A stretch of 64,000 nt of DNA from Sphagnum compactum (lineage: Eukaryota), in assembly GCA_965153455.1 (NCBI GenBank), contig OZ234493.1:19520213-19584212 (forward strand). The letters run 5' to 3'. Below, piece by piece: positions 11,732-25,398 of this stretch; the stretch's first letter is position 1; each line of letters starts with the position of its first letter. Both the position numbers and the translations under genes were made by a program. The notes under the pieces were generated by a model, which worked only from the letters and a program-made list of their open reading frames with translations, was not told where the DNA came from and did not search any database.

Positions 11732-12342
11732 ATTTTTTCGGTGTTCAGAGTGTGGACACAGTAAGTAAGTAGATGTACAACATCTTATTTATTGGCAGGG
11801 CCTGCGTGTTTGTGATGCCGTGTTTAGATTGTAGTTACTTCATTTGTTGCTTGAATCTGCACTGGAAATCCTCGAAGAAAGCTTCTAAATCCTTTGCACT
11901 GAAAATCTTAGATGAGGTTCATGAGTCAAATCCAGTGAATCCACTGGTAAGACACTATTGTGACCCTGAATGAGAAAACGTACATCTTTCAGAGCCCTGG
12001 AGGAGCCCTGGAAGAGTCTAATACTTTATTGACTGATCCCTGTTTCTGACTGGCTACATAGTTTGATTGGTCCAAGTGGGTTGCTATTGTTAGAAGGTAG
12101 TCAGTCTCCCACCTCCTTACTGAAAAGTTCCAGTTTCAGTTTTATGGGTGAGGTTGGAAAAAAGTTAGTAACCAAAACTTGGATGTGAGAAATATTTTTG
12201 CAGGATCACATACTGAGCGTGGGTGGAGATTTCAAGCTTGGATTGAAAATATCAGCAATGTCTGGGGATGAAAATGTGGTTTCTAATAAAAGCTCTGGGC
12301 ATGTCGTCGTTGTATTGCTAGTTTCCTTTTGTTTATGATCAT

Positions 12343-12343
<1 letters not shown>

Positions 12344-12389
<46 letters not shown>
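12344..12389. repeat. (CT)n microsatellite
   Basis: About 23 consecutive TC units. Confidence 0.95.
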
Positions 12390-12396
<7 letters not shown>

Positions 12397-12699
12397 CCAT
12401 CATGTTTTCCAATTGCAACCCAAGCTTCAACAACCTAGAAAAGAATGTTGGTTTCCATGACTGAAGATGATAAATACAAATAGATTTCATAGTTCCAAGA
12501 TCATAACCTGGGCTGCAAAAAAACAATTGACAGACATTATTCACCCTCAAGAGCTTCATAACACGTAGTGCAAAGCTGCTCTTTGGAAAACTCATGGAGG
12601 CAAAAACAACAGAATGTGACAACAACATTCTTTTGCAAGACAAAAATTTTCAGCTCAGAAAAAATTTGGCAACATCACAGTGGCTGTTCAAACAGTGGA

Positions 12700-15045
12700 C
12701 ACTCAAATTCTTCTTCACTGGTAGAAATGCAAACACTTTGTATCAAGTGACCAAATCTGACGCACATGGAGAGCTTGCCATGAATCCATGTATTGATTTT
12801 CTGTGGCACAGATGAACCCTTCTTTCTCATTCAATGGTATTTGCTCACAATTAGACACAATGTAGATGTGCACAAGAAGTTGATGTATCCCTGGAAATCT
12901 GTTTTGCAAGAACATGAGTCAAGTCCATGTTGCTGTCGGGCAACACCGTGTGACAGGCAATTCTGCTGCTGGGTTCCAACCTGTTTTCAGAATCAGGATG
13001 TGTTTTGCATATGTTGTGGCAGCCACATTTCTTCTTGTATGATCAAGCTGGCAGCCACATTTAAGAGAAAAAACATTCCTGGATCATCTTGTTGTGTACC
13101 TCTCTTGAAGATTATACCTGGATTAATGGCAGTTGAGGTGTTGACAGCACCACTGCCAAGGTCAAAGGGTGATGCAGGTCCAGGTGACAATGTGCCAATA
13201 GTATTACTGCTGCAAGGTTTCCTCAGCTTGAATGGGCAATTGCAAAAGATCCAAGGAGCTTGTGGTGGTAAGAAGAAGTGCAGAATGGATAGCTGCAGGT
13301 CCTCATTGTGGGTGCTGTTGCTTCAGGAGTGCTATTATGCCTGCAATGTGCGGTGCTGCCATTCTTGTCCGTGACAGCATTGCAAAGCTTTATCCTCATA
13401 GAAAACCGTCACTGACAAGTTTCTGAGCTGATCCTTGATAGATGGCTGATGCCATGGCATGGTGTTGTTCTTCCTTTTTCTTTGCAACAGAGAGTGGCAG
13501 AGATCTTTGGAACCAATAACAGCAACAACAACAACAATGCTTTTTTGTGGCAACAAAAAGATCTATTTTACCGAGATGTTGGCATCAAAGATGAAAGTGC
13601 CAGGAAGAGGGAAAGGGCAGGATGGAGAATGATGGGCTTTTCCTTGGAGCTAACATCCAAGCTCCTTGCACTGATGATGATCAGACCTGCCATGGAGATG
13701 GGTAGTCTGGAACTGGTTGGCAATGTCATCAGCTGCATATTCTATGTAGTTGCAGATCAAGATCTTATTCTTGACAAGCAAGGCATTGAAGGGAGTCAGA
13801 TCTTGGCCATATGAGAAATACTCAAAGTCAAGGGTGGAGGTTGTGTCAAGGAATGCATCTCTGAGTAGATTAGCTGATAACAAAGCCATGTCAGGTGTAT
13901 TGGTAGTACATGTGTAGACATATGTCTTCTCTTTCACAGCAAAGAGAAGTGCTATGTCAAAGGTGTTCAAGCATGGTGCTCCTGTTACACTGCTGATTGA
14001 GCCAAAGGGATGCTGAGCATGTCCACTCCATCTAACACTGCCTGCAGATGCAAACCCCCTGCAAGCATCATGTTCTGTACACTGAGTAACAGAGAAAGAT
14101 GCAGAGAGCAGCAGCTCATGAAGATCATGATAAGAATCTGTGATAAGATCAAAGGAATGAGAAGCAGGAATCCTGAAGGTTGATAGTACCTGATCAATAC
14201 CAGCAAGAACATGAGAGAGGAAGCCACCATCACGGAACACTACTTTGTACAGAGCTATCCTGCACGAGCCAAAAGAAGAGGTTTCAATGAATTTTAGAGG
14301 CAGTTTTCTCATTCAATTGCCAGTAAGAGATCATCAATCCTGCAATGGAGTATCTTTGCAAAAGGAAGAATGCTGCTCAATGGAGGAAGAGAGAATAGAT
14401 TATACCAAGCTTGAGGAGCAACACCACTAGCAGTACCATAGTTGAATCCTTTCACCTCGACAGGAACACCATGATTTCCAGCTGCAACTAAGCTTGTATG
14501 TCTGTTGCATCTCCACATTTCTGAACAGTCTTTGCTCAATTTTCTTTCTAAGTATTCTCAACAAAAAGGTTTTGATATGGTCGTTGAATTTCAGGAATGT
14601 ACAGGTAATGTTCAGGATTCTGGTGGATTCAAAGAGTCTGGAGCTTTTTACTTATGTGCCATGGCCATCTCCATCAAACGGTGAATTGAAATCATATATT
14701 GCATTGAACAGGATCACAGCAATGAGTCCTTTGGAGAAATGCTGAGCACCAATGATCTTGCCATTGCAAGAACCGTAAGGAAACATGTCGGTCACAAAGT
14801 ACCATCCCTTCCATTTGTCAAGAGGATCATACCTGAATCTCATTTGTGCTTGGATGTTTTGGATCAATGCTTGTATCTAGCATGCCAATCATGATTCCCT
14901 CTCCTGCATGATCAGCTCCTCCATTTAATGGCCAAACTCTTCTCAGCAGCTCCAAGAACTCGGGTGTATGGGTTGTTGCCTTCTGGAACAGCCAATCAGG
15001 CTCAATCAAGATCACTGATGGATGTGCCTTCAACAATTTTGCCTT
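12700..15045 (-). pseudogene. Intron-retaining subtilisin (SBT2-type) pseudogene
   Basis: Fragments collinear with the intact gene: AKLLKAHPSV...KATTHTPEFL...GMLDTSIDPKHPS; GSCNGKIIGAQHF...PFDGDGHG; HTSLVAAGNHGVPV...ASGVAPQA; IALYKVVF...LAGIDQ; AVLDGVDMLS; FAMLSRTRMAAPHIAG...QHPQ*; PFDLGSGAVN...NPGII; FQGYINFLC. Lesions: frameshifts near 14850 and 13985, internal deletions, a donor mutated to ATAAGT at 14655, catalytic Ser codon replaced by AGA (13363-13365), and a premature TGA (13303-13305). The 5' end is unresolved and may extend to ~16150. Confidence 0.9.
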
Positions 15046-16026
15046 CAGATTTGGAGTCCAGTCTTCTCACACCCATTGCAAGTGTAAACCACAATGATAA
15101 AAGAATCCCAGTTACAGCAGCTCACGCACCAAAACAGTGTAGGTTCTTCTGCAGCTCTCTCATCGTTGCCCAGCTCAAGCTCAAACTCAGCCCCACATAT
15201 GACTATATGATCCTCTTCAACTTGCTCTTTGTCTCCTTCCTCCCCTTCTCTTTCTCTGGGAGCTATGAAGTGCCAAGGCACATGAGCTTTGAGGAGGAGA
15301 TACCAAAGATTGAGCTACCCAATTTGAGAAGCTGAGAGCCACTGAGAACCCCAAGAGCAGATCATTACTCAATTGTGAACCAGAAAGCTCTGGAAATTTC
15401 CAACTCATCTTCAACTCCAATCCAAGGTCATAAATAGCCAGGAGAGATTCCTCACAGCTGGTACACAAAGAAGCTCTGCAAACACTTGCACAACACAGGA
15501 ACTGTACCAGCTGAAAAGAAGAAAAGATACAGTTCAAAGCAAAGTCTGAGCTCTTGAGAAAATTGACACAATTACAAATGAGATCATATTGTCTAACTCT
15601 TCAACTGAGTAGATATGTACTTCATCAGATGTGAACACTTGGATTTCACATTGGTGAAGACAAAGAATCAGGAGCTGTGGAACACAAAGCACTAACTTTT
15701 TTAGCTACTAGCTGCTCAGCACTTAAAAGGAAACATCCTAGACTCTTCAATTTGCTGCATCTACCTCCACCAACAAGACTACTGTAAAACCACCCAGCTG
15801 AGAAGGAAACTCCGAAGAAGCTGTGAGCAGCAACATTATTGCAGATTCAATCCTAGAGCCAAAAGAAAAGAAAAAAACCAGCAACTCTTACACCATCATC
15901 GGATCACTGAGCTCTTTCTTGCATTTATGGAAAGGTTTACAAACCTGTGCTGTGTATAGCTCCAAGAAGATTGATCTCCAAGCTGCAGAAGCAGACAGCA
16001 GCGACATGGAATTGAAGAGGGGACAC

Positions 16027-16063
<37 letters not shown>

Positions 16064-18439
16064 AAAGGGCAGTGAAGGAGGAGAGTAGACAAATGGGGTT
16101 CTTGGGGGAAGCAACAGTTATGCTGCTCAGAATTCACGGCCACAGGACTTGTAATGGCCAACTACCAACCCCGCAACTGCTTTCATCCAACTGAAGAACC
16201 CTAACTCTATGAAGAACTCATCCATTTTGCCTCATGAAGTCATTATTAGCTCTAGCTAGCTTTACTCATGGATAAATTTGTTTCACTGTGGAAATAAATT
16301 ATAATTAAATTTTTTTTAAATTCAAAAAAATAAAAAAGAAGAAGGCTAGGAGTCACCATAGGCATTACTAGCCAAATGAAACATGATTTGTAGAACTAAA
16401 ATAATTGTAACATCTTTAGTTAAAAGGAGGTTCCATCCCTCAAACCTTTGCTACTCTTTTTCATTTCCCTCAACTCTCTTCCCCTTCAAAATGAATGCAA
16501 ATTTGAAGTTTCAACGAATGTTATTCAAATGTTGGTTTTGAAAGGAACCCTTTGTGTCCAATTCCAATTATCAAAATACTATTATGGAATCTCTAGCATG
16601 GTTTGAAGAACTATTCTTCAAATTTGTAAAAAAAAATTCTCTCAATGTTTTCAAAAAAAGAAGTAATTTGATCTAGTCTTTTAATGTGTTTAACTCCACC
16701 TACATTACATACAACTTAAGATATAAGATTTTTATAGTATTAGTTTTGTCCACAAACTTCAAACAACCAAGATAAAAGACTTTGTAATGCTCATTTTATA
16801 TAACCAATTAAAATTGGTCATTGGTTGGAAAAGTAAAGTTTTTTTTTTTTTAAAGTGATAATTATATGTTCAAAGAAATTGGACATATTTCACAAGGATT
16901 GCATCTTAGTTTTGGATATGGTTACAATTCCATTAGAAGGCTAGTTGAATTTCAATTCCAGTTGGATAACAAGATTTGGAACCTCTAGATCAATCACCCA
17001 AGAATTGACCAAATGCCTTTAACTAGCCAACACTAGTTTCAATTTCCTTTCCAACAAAAGGTCACATATGTATTAACTTTGAATCAAAGTATTTTTAAAA
17101 TGTACTTCAAACAAGGTCACCAAAGATGATACTTGTTTTATTTTTTCAAATTCATCTACATGTTGATTGTTATATTGCAATGTATTGTTAAATTTTTAAG
17201 AAATTCAAAATGTTGCAACTTTTATTCTTGTGAAAAAAAACATACAATAGACAATGGTTTTGTTCACATTTGGGGTTGATGGTGTTGTTTCAATTCGCTT
17301 TAGTAAGTTGAAACCAATCCATCACCATGTATCAACCCAAGTATACAAGTTTATGCCTAGTGGAAGTAAAATTTTGAAAAATCTAAGCTTGTCTCATACC
17401 CCAAAATATTTCAAATTAATTACTCGCCTTCAACTCATACCTCGTAGTTTGATTTTTCTTAATACATGTACCCAAATTTGACCACCTCAAGAAATGGGTG
17501 CAAGTACCAACCAAAAACCCAAAAACCTAAAATTATATAAATAATTATTGGAGTTTTATTATAAGATTAGGATTGCAAGTTGCAATGGACTCATTGTTTA
17601 ACGTTTCTTTGTTTCTTCTTGCTTTCACTTTCAATGCTTACACTTTGGCTTTTTATTTAACTCTATGACATTGCAAAAAACGTCAAGGTTGACGAATGTT
17701 CTTGCATCAAAAATTATCACCATCAATGCACATTATGCGTAACAGAGCTTAAGGAAGCTATGGACAATGTGTACATCTATTGAGCAAAAGAAGGTAACCT
17801 CTCTATCTTTTTGCAATTTGGATTCAATTTTGTTTTTTTTTATCTTGATTTGTTGAAAGTTTTGCAAAACAATTAAACAACAACAAAATGTTTGAAAACT
17901 CAAAATTTGTGATACATGTTTTGTAAGGGCAATCGCCTTTCAAGAGAAGGGTGGGGTTTCAACTTTGTAAGTAGACAAACTTCTTTTGTTGTTTTGTTGT
18001 GTTTCTTTGAATGTTTAAGAGCTTTTGACTTCAAACTTTGATTTTTTCTACACTTATTCTCTTTTTTTTTTTAAGCTTGTGAAATGTAACAATAGTGGTA
18101 GAGATTTTTGAAAGATTGTTGTGACATGGAAGTTGTTTTGTTTTATGTTGCATGTTAAGCCTCAAGCTTTAACATGTTTGTTGTGTATTCACTACATCAC
18201 ATGTACTAAAACAACTCCATGAACTTGCAACAATGGGGGGACTATCAAAAAAATTGATCTTAAAGTTTCACACCACTTATTAAATATTTGTTCTTTGAAC
18301 TATTTCTAAACCCTAACAATTAAAGATTGATTTTGATTGTGTGCACTTTTAATTCCCCATCATTGATTTCTTAATTGTGTCATTAGGTTCATTTGTTGTC
18401 ACTTTTTCTTTTTCACTTTACTATTGCAAACAACAATCA

Positions 18440-20300
18440 ATGGGTTTTTCTTCAAGGCCATTGATTAGCCTTCCTATTATAAACCCTAATCAAGAAACCC
18501 TACAAGCTTTTGCAAGAAATCGTAACAACAATGATGTGCAACTTTTGCATGAAATTGAAGAATTATTAATTGATCTTAAAGTTATTGTTGATGAATCCTA
18601 CATAGTTGAAATGCACATACGAAATTTATGGAAACAAGGTTTGGCTTGGAAGCTTCACAATTATATTTTTAAGGATCATTTGGCTCCAAAGGTGGTCTTC
18701 TTGGGCTAGAAAGATTCTATAAAAAAAGTTATGCCTACATTGGTGGAAAAAACAATGGTAACATATGCATCTAGCATTGGCTTCATGGTTACTAACCACC
18801 TGCATTTTATATTTATGGATGTTGAAAGGGGCTCATGACATCTTTGTTATTGTTGTTAATTTTAATTCTAACAACTAGGAGGCCAAACACATTACCATTG
18901 GGTTGTTTGAAGTTACTAACACTAATGGCACAATTATGGTTCCTAAATTACAACAACTTCTTGATTGTTTTTCTTTCACTTAAAAGATTTTGACTTATGC
19001 AAACAGTGAAAGGTCCAACTTACAAACATGTGCAACAACTTTAAATTATGTAGTTCTATGTAACAATTTGGTCATGTTGGAGCCATTTGATGGCTCAAAT
19101 TTTGGGCATGCAACATCAATGAAAAAATAATACATGGGCTATGTTCAAAGTGACATCCAAAAATGTAATATATGGCCCAAAAAACCTAGCAAGGGAAGGT
19201 TGGCATGGGACCAAGCTTGTATAGATTTTGGGTTGATGCCCAAAAAATAAAACATTCATGTGAAGACTAGGTAAGTGATTTTTATTTATTTTCTATCTCA
19301 TTATGTTCTACCTTTGAAATTTTTAGGTTGTTTATGTACTTCTTAGGAGTTGTAAACATGTTGGATGTTTGATTATGTTAGTGATTATAGGTTTGATAGT
19401 CGAGTATTATTATTCCAAGATGTTTTGGCTTTTCCAAACACAATTGCCCTATGTTATTATTGTTAATCAATAACAATCTAAAGCCTCATTCCTCCTCCAA
19501 AAACATGGGCAATTGTGAAGTTAAAATTATGTCTCCAATTGTGAAAGGTTGTGTTCTAAACCAAAGTTGGGGACATCGACTTCTTGGGGATGCTCTCCAA
19601 TTTATCATATCAACATGTCAAGAGATTCAAGAAAAGCTTAAATTTCAAAGAGTTATTGATAGCTTGACTAAAAAGGAGGTAAACATTTTTTTTCTTGGGT
19701 TCAAACAACTCATTGTTTGCATGAATCACCAAGTATTGGAGGCTTTTCAACCTTTCATTTCTTTTTTGCATGCATTTCACTTGAAAAAAAGGCATAACAT
19801 ATTAACATTGATGTTAGATCCCATGTTTTAAAACATGTAATTCATCAACACTTATGTGAAGTGTGAAAATGCTACTAATGTGGTTGCGGAGTATGATTAG
19901 AAATTGTTGCCTTTGGTGTTGGAGGATTTAAAATTGTTATTGGTGGTAAGGTTGAAGAATTTCGAAATTCTAGCTTTGCTATGAACTCTTGAAATTTGTT
20001 CCAAACCTCTAACACAAATGTAGATAATTTCAAATAAATTGTTGATAGAAAATTCTATTCATTCTAACATTATTTCGTGGATATAGAAGATTGTAATTGT
20101 GTTTTAACATGGTGGTGAATATAAGAACCTAAGTTTCCCACTGTGATTATACTAGCACAACACTTTTTGGGGATCCTAGCTAGACAAATTGATACATAAA
20201 GAATTTTTTTGTTGTTAGAATCCTCATTGCTTTATATAGATATTGTTTTTCAAACATACAACTTAAACAAATTGATATTTGTGAAAAAAAATTAATTCTT
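18440..20300 (+). mobile_element. Degenerate hAT-superfamily transposase
   Basis: LWMLKGAHDIFVIVVNF...KHITIGLFEV (first catalytic-Asp region, ~18810-18920), VKTR|FDS motif, LTLMLDPMF, and a hATC dimerisation-like LTWW*I*EPKFPTVIILAQHFLGILARQIDT*RIF (~20104-20210). Many stops and frameshifts. Confidence 0.8.
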
Positions 20301-22257
20301 TGATCTACATGTCAGATATGTCAAACCTTTTAACTTTGACATGTGAAATAGAGTCAAAGTTAACAAAAGAGCTTGAATTTTAAATTTGAAAACAAAGTCG
20401 AAACATGAAGAATTTCTAAACACATAATCCACTTTAGTTTAATTTTTAGGTTTATTGAAAATGATGGAATGATATTTATGTTAGGGTTATTTACCAATGC
20501 ATTTTTCCAAGATTCTAGATTGTTTATTGACTTTTTGTTTCATCTACTAGAATGGGCAAATTGGTAAAGTGGGGGTAAATAATGGATTGATGATATTTTG
20601 GATTTTTTGGGTGTTGGTTTTTGTGTCATGCATATATTTTTTGTTATTTATGTCTTTTGATTTTCTAGTTTCTCAAATCTTTTTTGTTGTTGTCCTAGTC
20701 TAGTTTTTGTCTTCTCATGGGGCTTACTTTTGTAATGCAAATACACAAAGGCAAGTTTGTAACCTCTTTTTCAAAGGGCTTATTTGATTGATTATCTAAT
20801 TTTTCAATTGTGCATTTTTTGCATGATTTTGAGTGTTTGTTGTCTTTGTCTTCTATTTAAGAATATGGGCAGATTGACAAAATGGGGAGATTTAATGGAT
20901 TTTCTTGATGTTTATTAGTATGTCACACATCTATTCTTTGTTGTTTGTTTTTGATCTTTTTGTGTTCTAGTAGTTTTGTCGTTCAAGACTTCTTGTTTTT
21001 TGTGTTGTTTTAGATAGTCTAGTTTTTTTAAGAACTTGTCAAAGTTCTTTGTTATTTTTCCAATGTGTAGTGATAGGGCTTATGTAACTTGCATTGGAAT
21101 TGTGCAATTTATCCAGTATCAATAGGTTTGATTTATCTCTGGTGGGGCTTTTGATGGGATTAGTTGTTTATTGATTGTTTGTGTGTTTGTTTAGGGATGG
21201 AATAGTGGATTGCTGAACATGGAAAAACAAAGAATTGCCTATATAAACCAATTTGGCAAAACTTTTTAATTGTGATTCATTAGGTTTAGAAAATAGATTT
21301 AGAATTTAAAGCTTAGAAGAAAGCAATGTTTATAAAATTTCCCCACCAATATATGATGGGATGGAACTTTGTAAACTTGTTGCATCATGACATATAAAAT
21401 CTTTTATGAGGTGAAGGTTCTCATTGCACATATAGTGGACTACATGATTATTTGTTTGCTAGAGAAGGTGAGGGAAATTTTTCAATTTTATTTGTGTTTG
21501 TTAATGCACTTTTGAAATAATTTGGGTATATGTCAAAGACCCAGATAGGCCTTTCTCTGTAAGAACCTACAAGATTACCTACAAGCTTTCCAAACAAGGT
21601 ATCTTTCAAAGAGCTGGATAGCTTAAAGACCCAGCATTTGTTCCTTGGTTGGGTTTCTATTAGAGAACTGGGTTGTATACCCACCTACAAATCCACTTTG
21701 ATTGTGAAGGTGTTCAGCCAGGTTCCTACTGAGCAACAAGTCCCAACCTTTACAGGTAAAAAAGCTCGCCAAAAAGCGAAATGAAAATTCAAAAAAGTAG
21801 TAATCTTTGGGATTTTCAATCCCTACAATTCAGAAAAAATCTCAGAAATTGGCCAGATTTCTATACTTAGTTCAAGTTGGTAGCCAAAATTATGGAAGCA
21901 TGTTAATATTTCAAAACTTTCATGTCTGGTTTATAGCCAAATTTGGCTAAATCTTCCTATGGTTGATTGCCAATTTGGCTACATCACAAAATTGACCAAA
22001 AAAATCACTGGGGGCCCTTCTTTGAAAGGAGGCAAAATATTTACGGCGATGGTCATTTGGTATCTGCCTGATGTGTTAAAAAAAACAAGTATTTGAATCT
22101 AAAGTAGTTTTCAATCAACAAAAGAACAAATCCCATCCTTCTTTTAAAAGAAGGACTTTAAAGCCAATGTGTTTTGGACAAAAATTTCCATCTTCGGGGA
22201 TTTTCACACTGTTGAAAAATCACACGATATGCCAAACCAAATAACAATTAAATTGTA

Positions 22258-22375
22258 ATGTGTAGGGGTAACACCCTTGGAGAACCGCGTTCCCAAAATA
22301 AGCACACGCCTGAGGTGGAGCCAAGGAGTGCTTATTTCAGGAATGCCCCACTCCAAGGGCGTTGTTACTCGACAT
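22258..22375. repeat. Imperfect inverted repeat / fold-back element
   Basis: aacacccttggag..gcgttcccaaaataagcac (22270-22305) pairs with gtgcttatttcaggaatgc..ctccaagggcgtt (22328-22363). Confidence 0.75.
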
Positions 22376-22540
22376 AAAACTCAATGATGTTTATTGTCTG
22401 ATTTTCTTGCAGTGGTACCCGGCGGGTACCAGAAAGGTAACCATTGGTCATCATGGTTTTGTTTTAAAAAGTAAATAAACTATCATGGGCATTTTGAAAA
22501 GCCAAACTTTTGGTTTTTGAAACGCCCACTTGGCAAATTT

Positions 22541-22609
22541 CATCAAACAAGAGTGCCTTCAACTACACTAGCAGAGTCATCAAATAAGAGTGCCTTCAAC
22601 TACACTAGC
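22541..22609. repeat. Short direct duplication (32-nt unit, 37-nt period)
   Basis: catcaaa(c/t)aagagtgccttcaactacactagc occurs twice. Confidence 0.9.
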
Positions 22610-24018
22610 GGACGGAGATCATGGAGGTCGGTTTTGATGAGAACATGATGATGCCCTGGCACAAAAGCTTGAAAGGAAAAAAACAACAACATTTGTCACT
22701 CACACATGTAAATACTGAAGAAGCTTCCCAAAGGTGATACATTAAATAAATAAATAAACAAATAAATTTGACTTTGTGGGTATAATTTTTGTAAGACAAC
22801 AAATGAAGAAAACAAACTCCAGCAACACTCAAAAGCTGGTATGTACTAGAATGGGCTACAGATCTTCAGACTTGTAGGTACTCATTTTTTGACAGACAAT
22901 TTGTAAAAGCTCTTCAAAGAAAAAGTTCCTTCTGCTGGAATGAATGTCTGGGGGAAATGTAAGTATTTGCATAAACAGCCAGCCACATAGCATTTTGATG
23001 ATGTCCCAGGATTTACAATTAATGAATATACCCCATCCCCATCCTCCACCCAACAAACACCAGGTGCTTTTTTTTTTCTTTTTCCTTTTTCAATTTTGTG
23101 ATATAAATTTTTTGGTGAATTCCCCCCCCCCCAAAATAGAGAAATTAATCAAAATTCACTCTACATAAACATATTCATCCAATTTTTTTTCCAATTCCTT
23201 TGTTGGAAAAATGATAGAATTTGTCCAAAATAATCCTCCTTCACTGACTCCAGAGGATTTTCTGGTAGATAGTGGGATGGGGATGAGGTTGTTAGGAAGG
23301 GATTATTAGGGTTGATTTTTGAAATTTTTGAAAAATCCCTATGTGGGAGGGGTAACACCACATTTTATCCCATGCATAGCCTTTGCTCAATGTCTATTCT
23401 TGTAATATATCTAATGTATACAAAAGGAAAAGCTTTTCAAAGCATGTATTTTGGGGTGTATGTAAAATGTGAATTGTTTTTGGTGATCAAAGAGACCCAT
23501 CAAAAAATAAATAAAAATTATAGACTTTGGGTGTACCTCACCCTAAACCCTAATTACTAATTACTATAAATCACCCACTTGCAACTTTTAATTTAATTTA
23601 ATTTTTTGACATGAAAGCTTAAAGAATTGGAGCTTAAAAAAAATAGTGTCTAGAGGCTGGTTCTAAGTTTATTTCAATTAAAAAATTTATTTGTTTTTTC
23701 CTCTTTTTCCCAACATTTTGAAATTAGGGTTTGAGGACCTGGGATCGGCCCAGAACTGATCTGGTCCTAGAACCCACAACTGGACAACATTTATTTATTT
23801 ATTCTACTTCCTGGCAAAGATTTAGTAATCCTTCAAACCAAGAGTGCAAGTAGCTGTAATAATATTTTAATCTGAAAATAATATTAAAAAAAGAAGTTCA
23901 ATCAAAATATAAATAATGAAAGTATGTGTGGATATTTTTACAAAATCAAAAATAAAATCATTCAGTTGGTTTCCATATTGAAATGGTTTTTTAACTCGTC
24001 AAGTATTGAAGTACCTTA

Positions 24019-24274
24019 CCCTAAGGTCAGTTTCGTCATTAAATAATCCTCAAATAATCCTCAAAATAGTGAAATGAAATTTTGCGAAAATATGAAGTTG
24101 ACATGTTGAAAATCATCATAATTATCATAGGCTACATTCTCAACAATTTCACTACTCATATCACAATATTATACTAGATGATGGAAAACATTTTAATTTT
24201 AAAATGAAAAAATGAATTCATTTTTTGAAAAAAATTAATTATTCATTTTGTCAATGTGGAAATTGACTCTAGGC
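24019..24274. mobile_element. Old TA-flanked MITE candidate (Tc1/mariner-type target)
   Basis: Ends ccctaaggtcagtttcgtcatt and (reverse complement) gcctagagtcaatttccacatt match at 16/22 positions; TA on both sides. Confidence 0.45.
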
Positions 24275-25398
24275 TACGATATTTATGAATTTGCATTCAC
24301 ATAAGTCCAGGAAGATAGGAGATACTATAGCTTGAATGTACATTTGTTAATGAAACCAAAAACTCTATCTCAAGACCCAGTATCACTTACACACCACATG
24401 ACTAAAAGATGGACCTAAAACATCAAGATGGGTTACTAAGGATAAAAATTGTAAATCGCAACATTATGGCTTACGAATAGAAGGATGAATAAGTACAAAA
24501 ATGAAAAATAGAATTTATGGACCTTATGTTAAGAATCTTTTGACTAAGAGCTTAAGTTTGTACTCATGAAGTTTGTAATTGACTATTTTTGGTTAAGCAT
24601 AATAGAACGAATTTGATTAGATGTTAGGAATTAAATTCCAAATAATTTAATGATTCATTCATAGAAGGATGATAATTTTAAAAGGATAATATGTATGTAT
24701 ATATATATATATGATGAATAAATGTAAATGAATGGTTCAATAATTCACCCCTATTTTTAAATATTTAAAGAGTTGTGGGTGACATTTCAAACTCATGTTT
24801 CCTTTCATGATTTCAAGTTGGTATTTCAAGAACATTTCAACCCATTACTCTACACCTAACCACCTCAATTAATTTGAGCACTATGATTCATTTCCAAGCA
24901 TGGTTACCATAGTAAGTTCAAAACAATGTCATGAGATTATTTGAATTCATGAAAAACCTTTAGTTTTGGTCTTTGGTGTAGGTGACAGCTTTATTTTTAG
25001 TTACGGGCTTGTCAACAGTTTTGTCCAATTTTGATTTTGTCCTTATGGCATTTCCAAGTGTTAGCTAAAACAAAATTTTAACGTTGAAGCACATCAAGGA
25101 GTTTGCACATGTCACCAAAGTTCTTACCCCTCTTGCCCCAATTTTGGTGTCCTCAAAGATGGTTAACATGTTACTAACTTTGCATTCACTAGACACAATT
25201 TCCCCTTGTTCGGGTTCCTTGTTGGACCTTCAACCATATTCAAACCTTGAGCTTTTTGTGAACTTTTTTAGGTTAGCATTTGTGTGCATGTCTCACTTGT
25301 GGGTTGGTGGTCCATCTAGCATGGTTTTCAAACATTTTTGAAATTTTTTGACCTTGAAAATTCAACAAGTATCTTTATTCAACTTCATAAGTTGTGTT

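Noticed and set aside
13650-14312. 220-aa ORF as an independent gene
   Set aside because: It is a chance read-through of pseudogene exons, an intron and frameshifted segments.
24277-24784. Solo LTR ending ...gggtgaca
   Set aside because: No clear 5' TG, TSD, PBS or PPT could be found.
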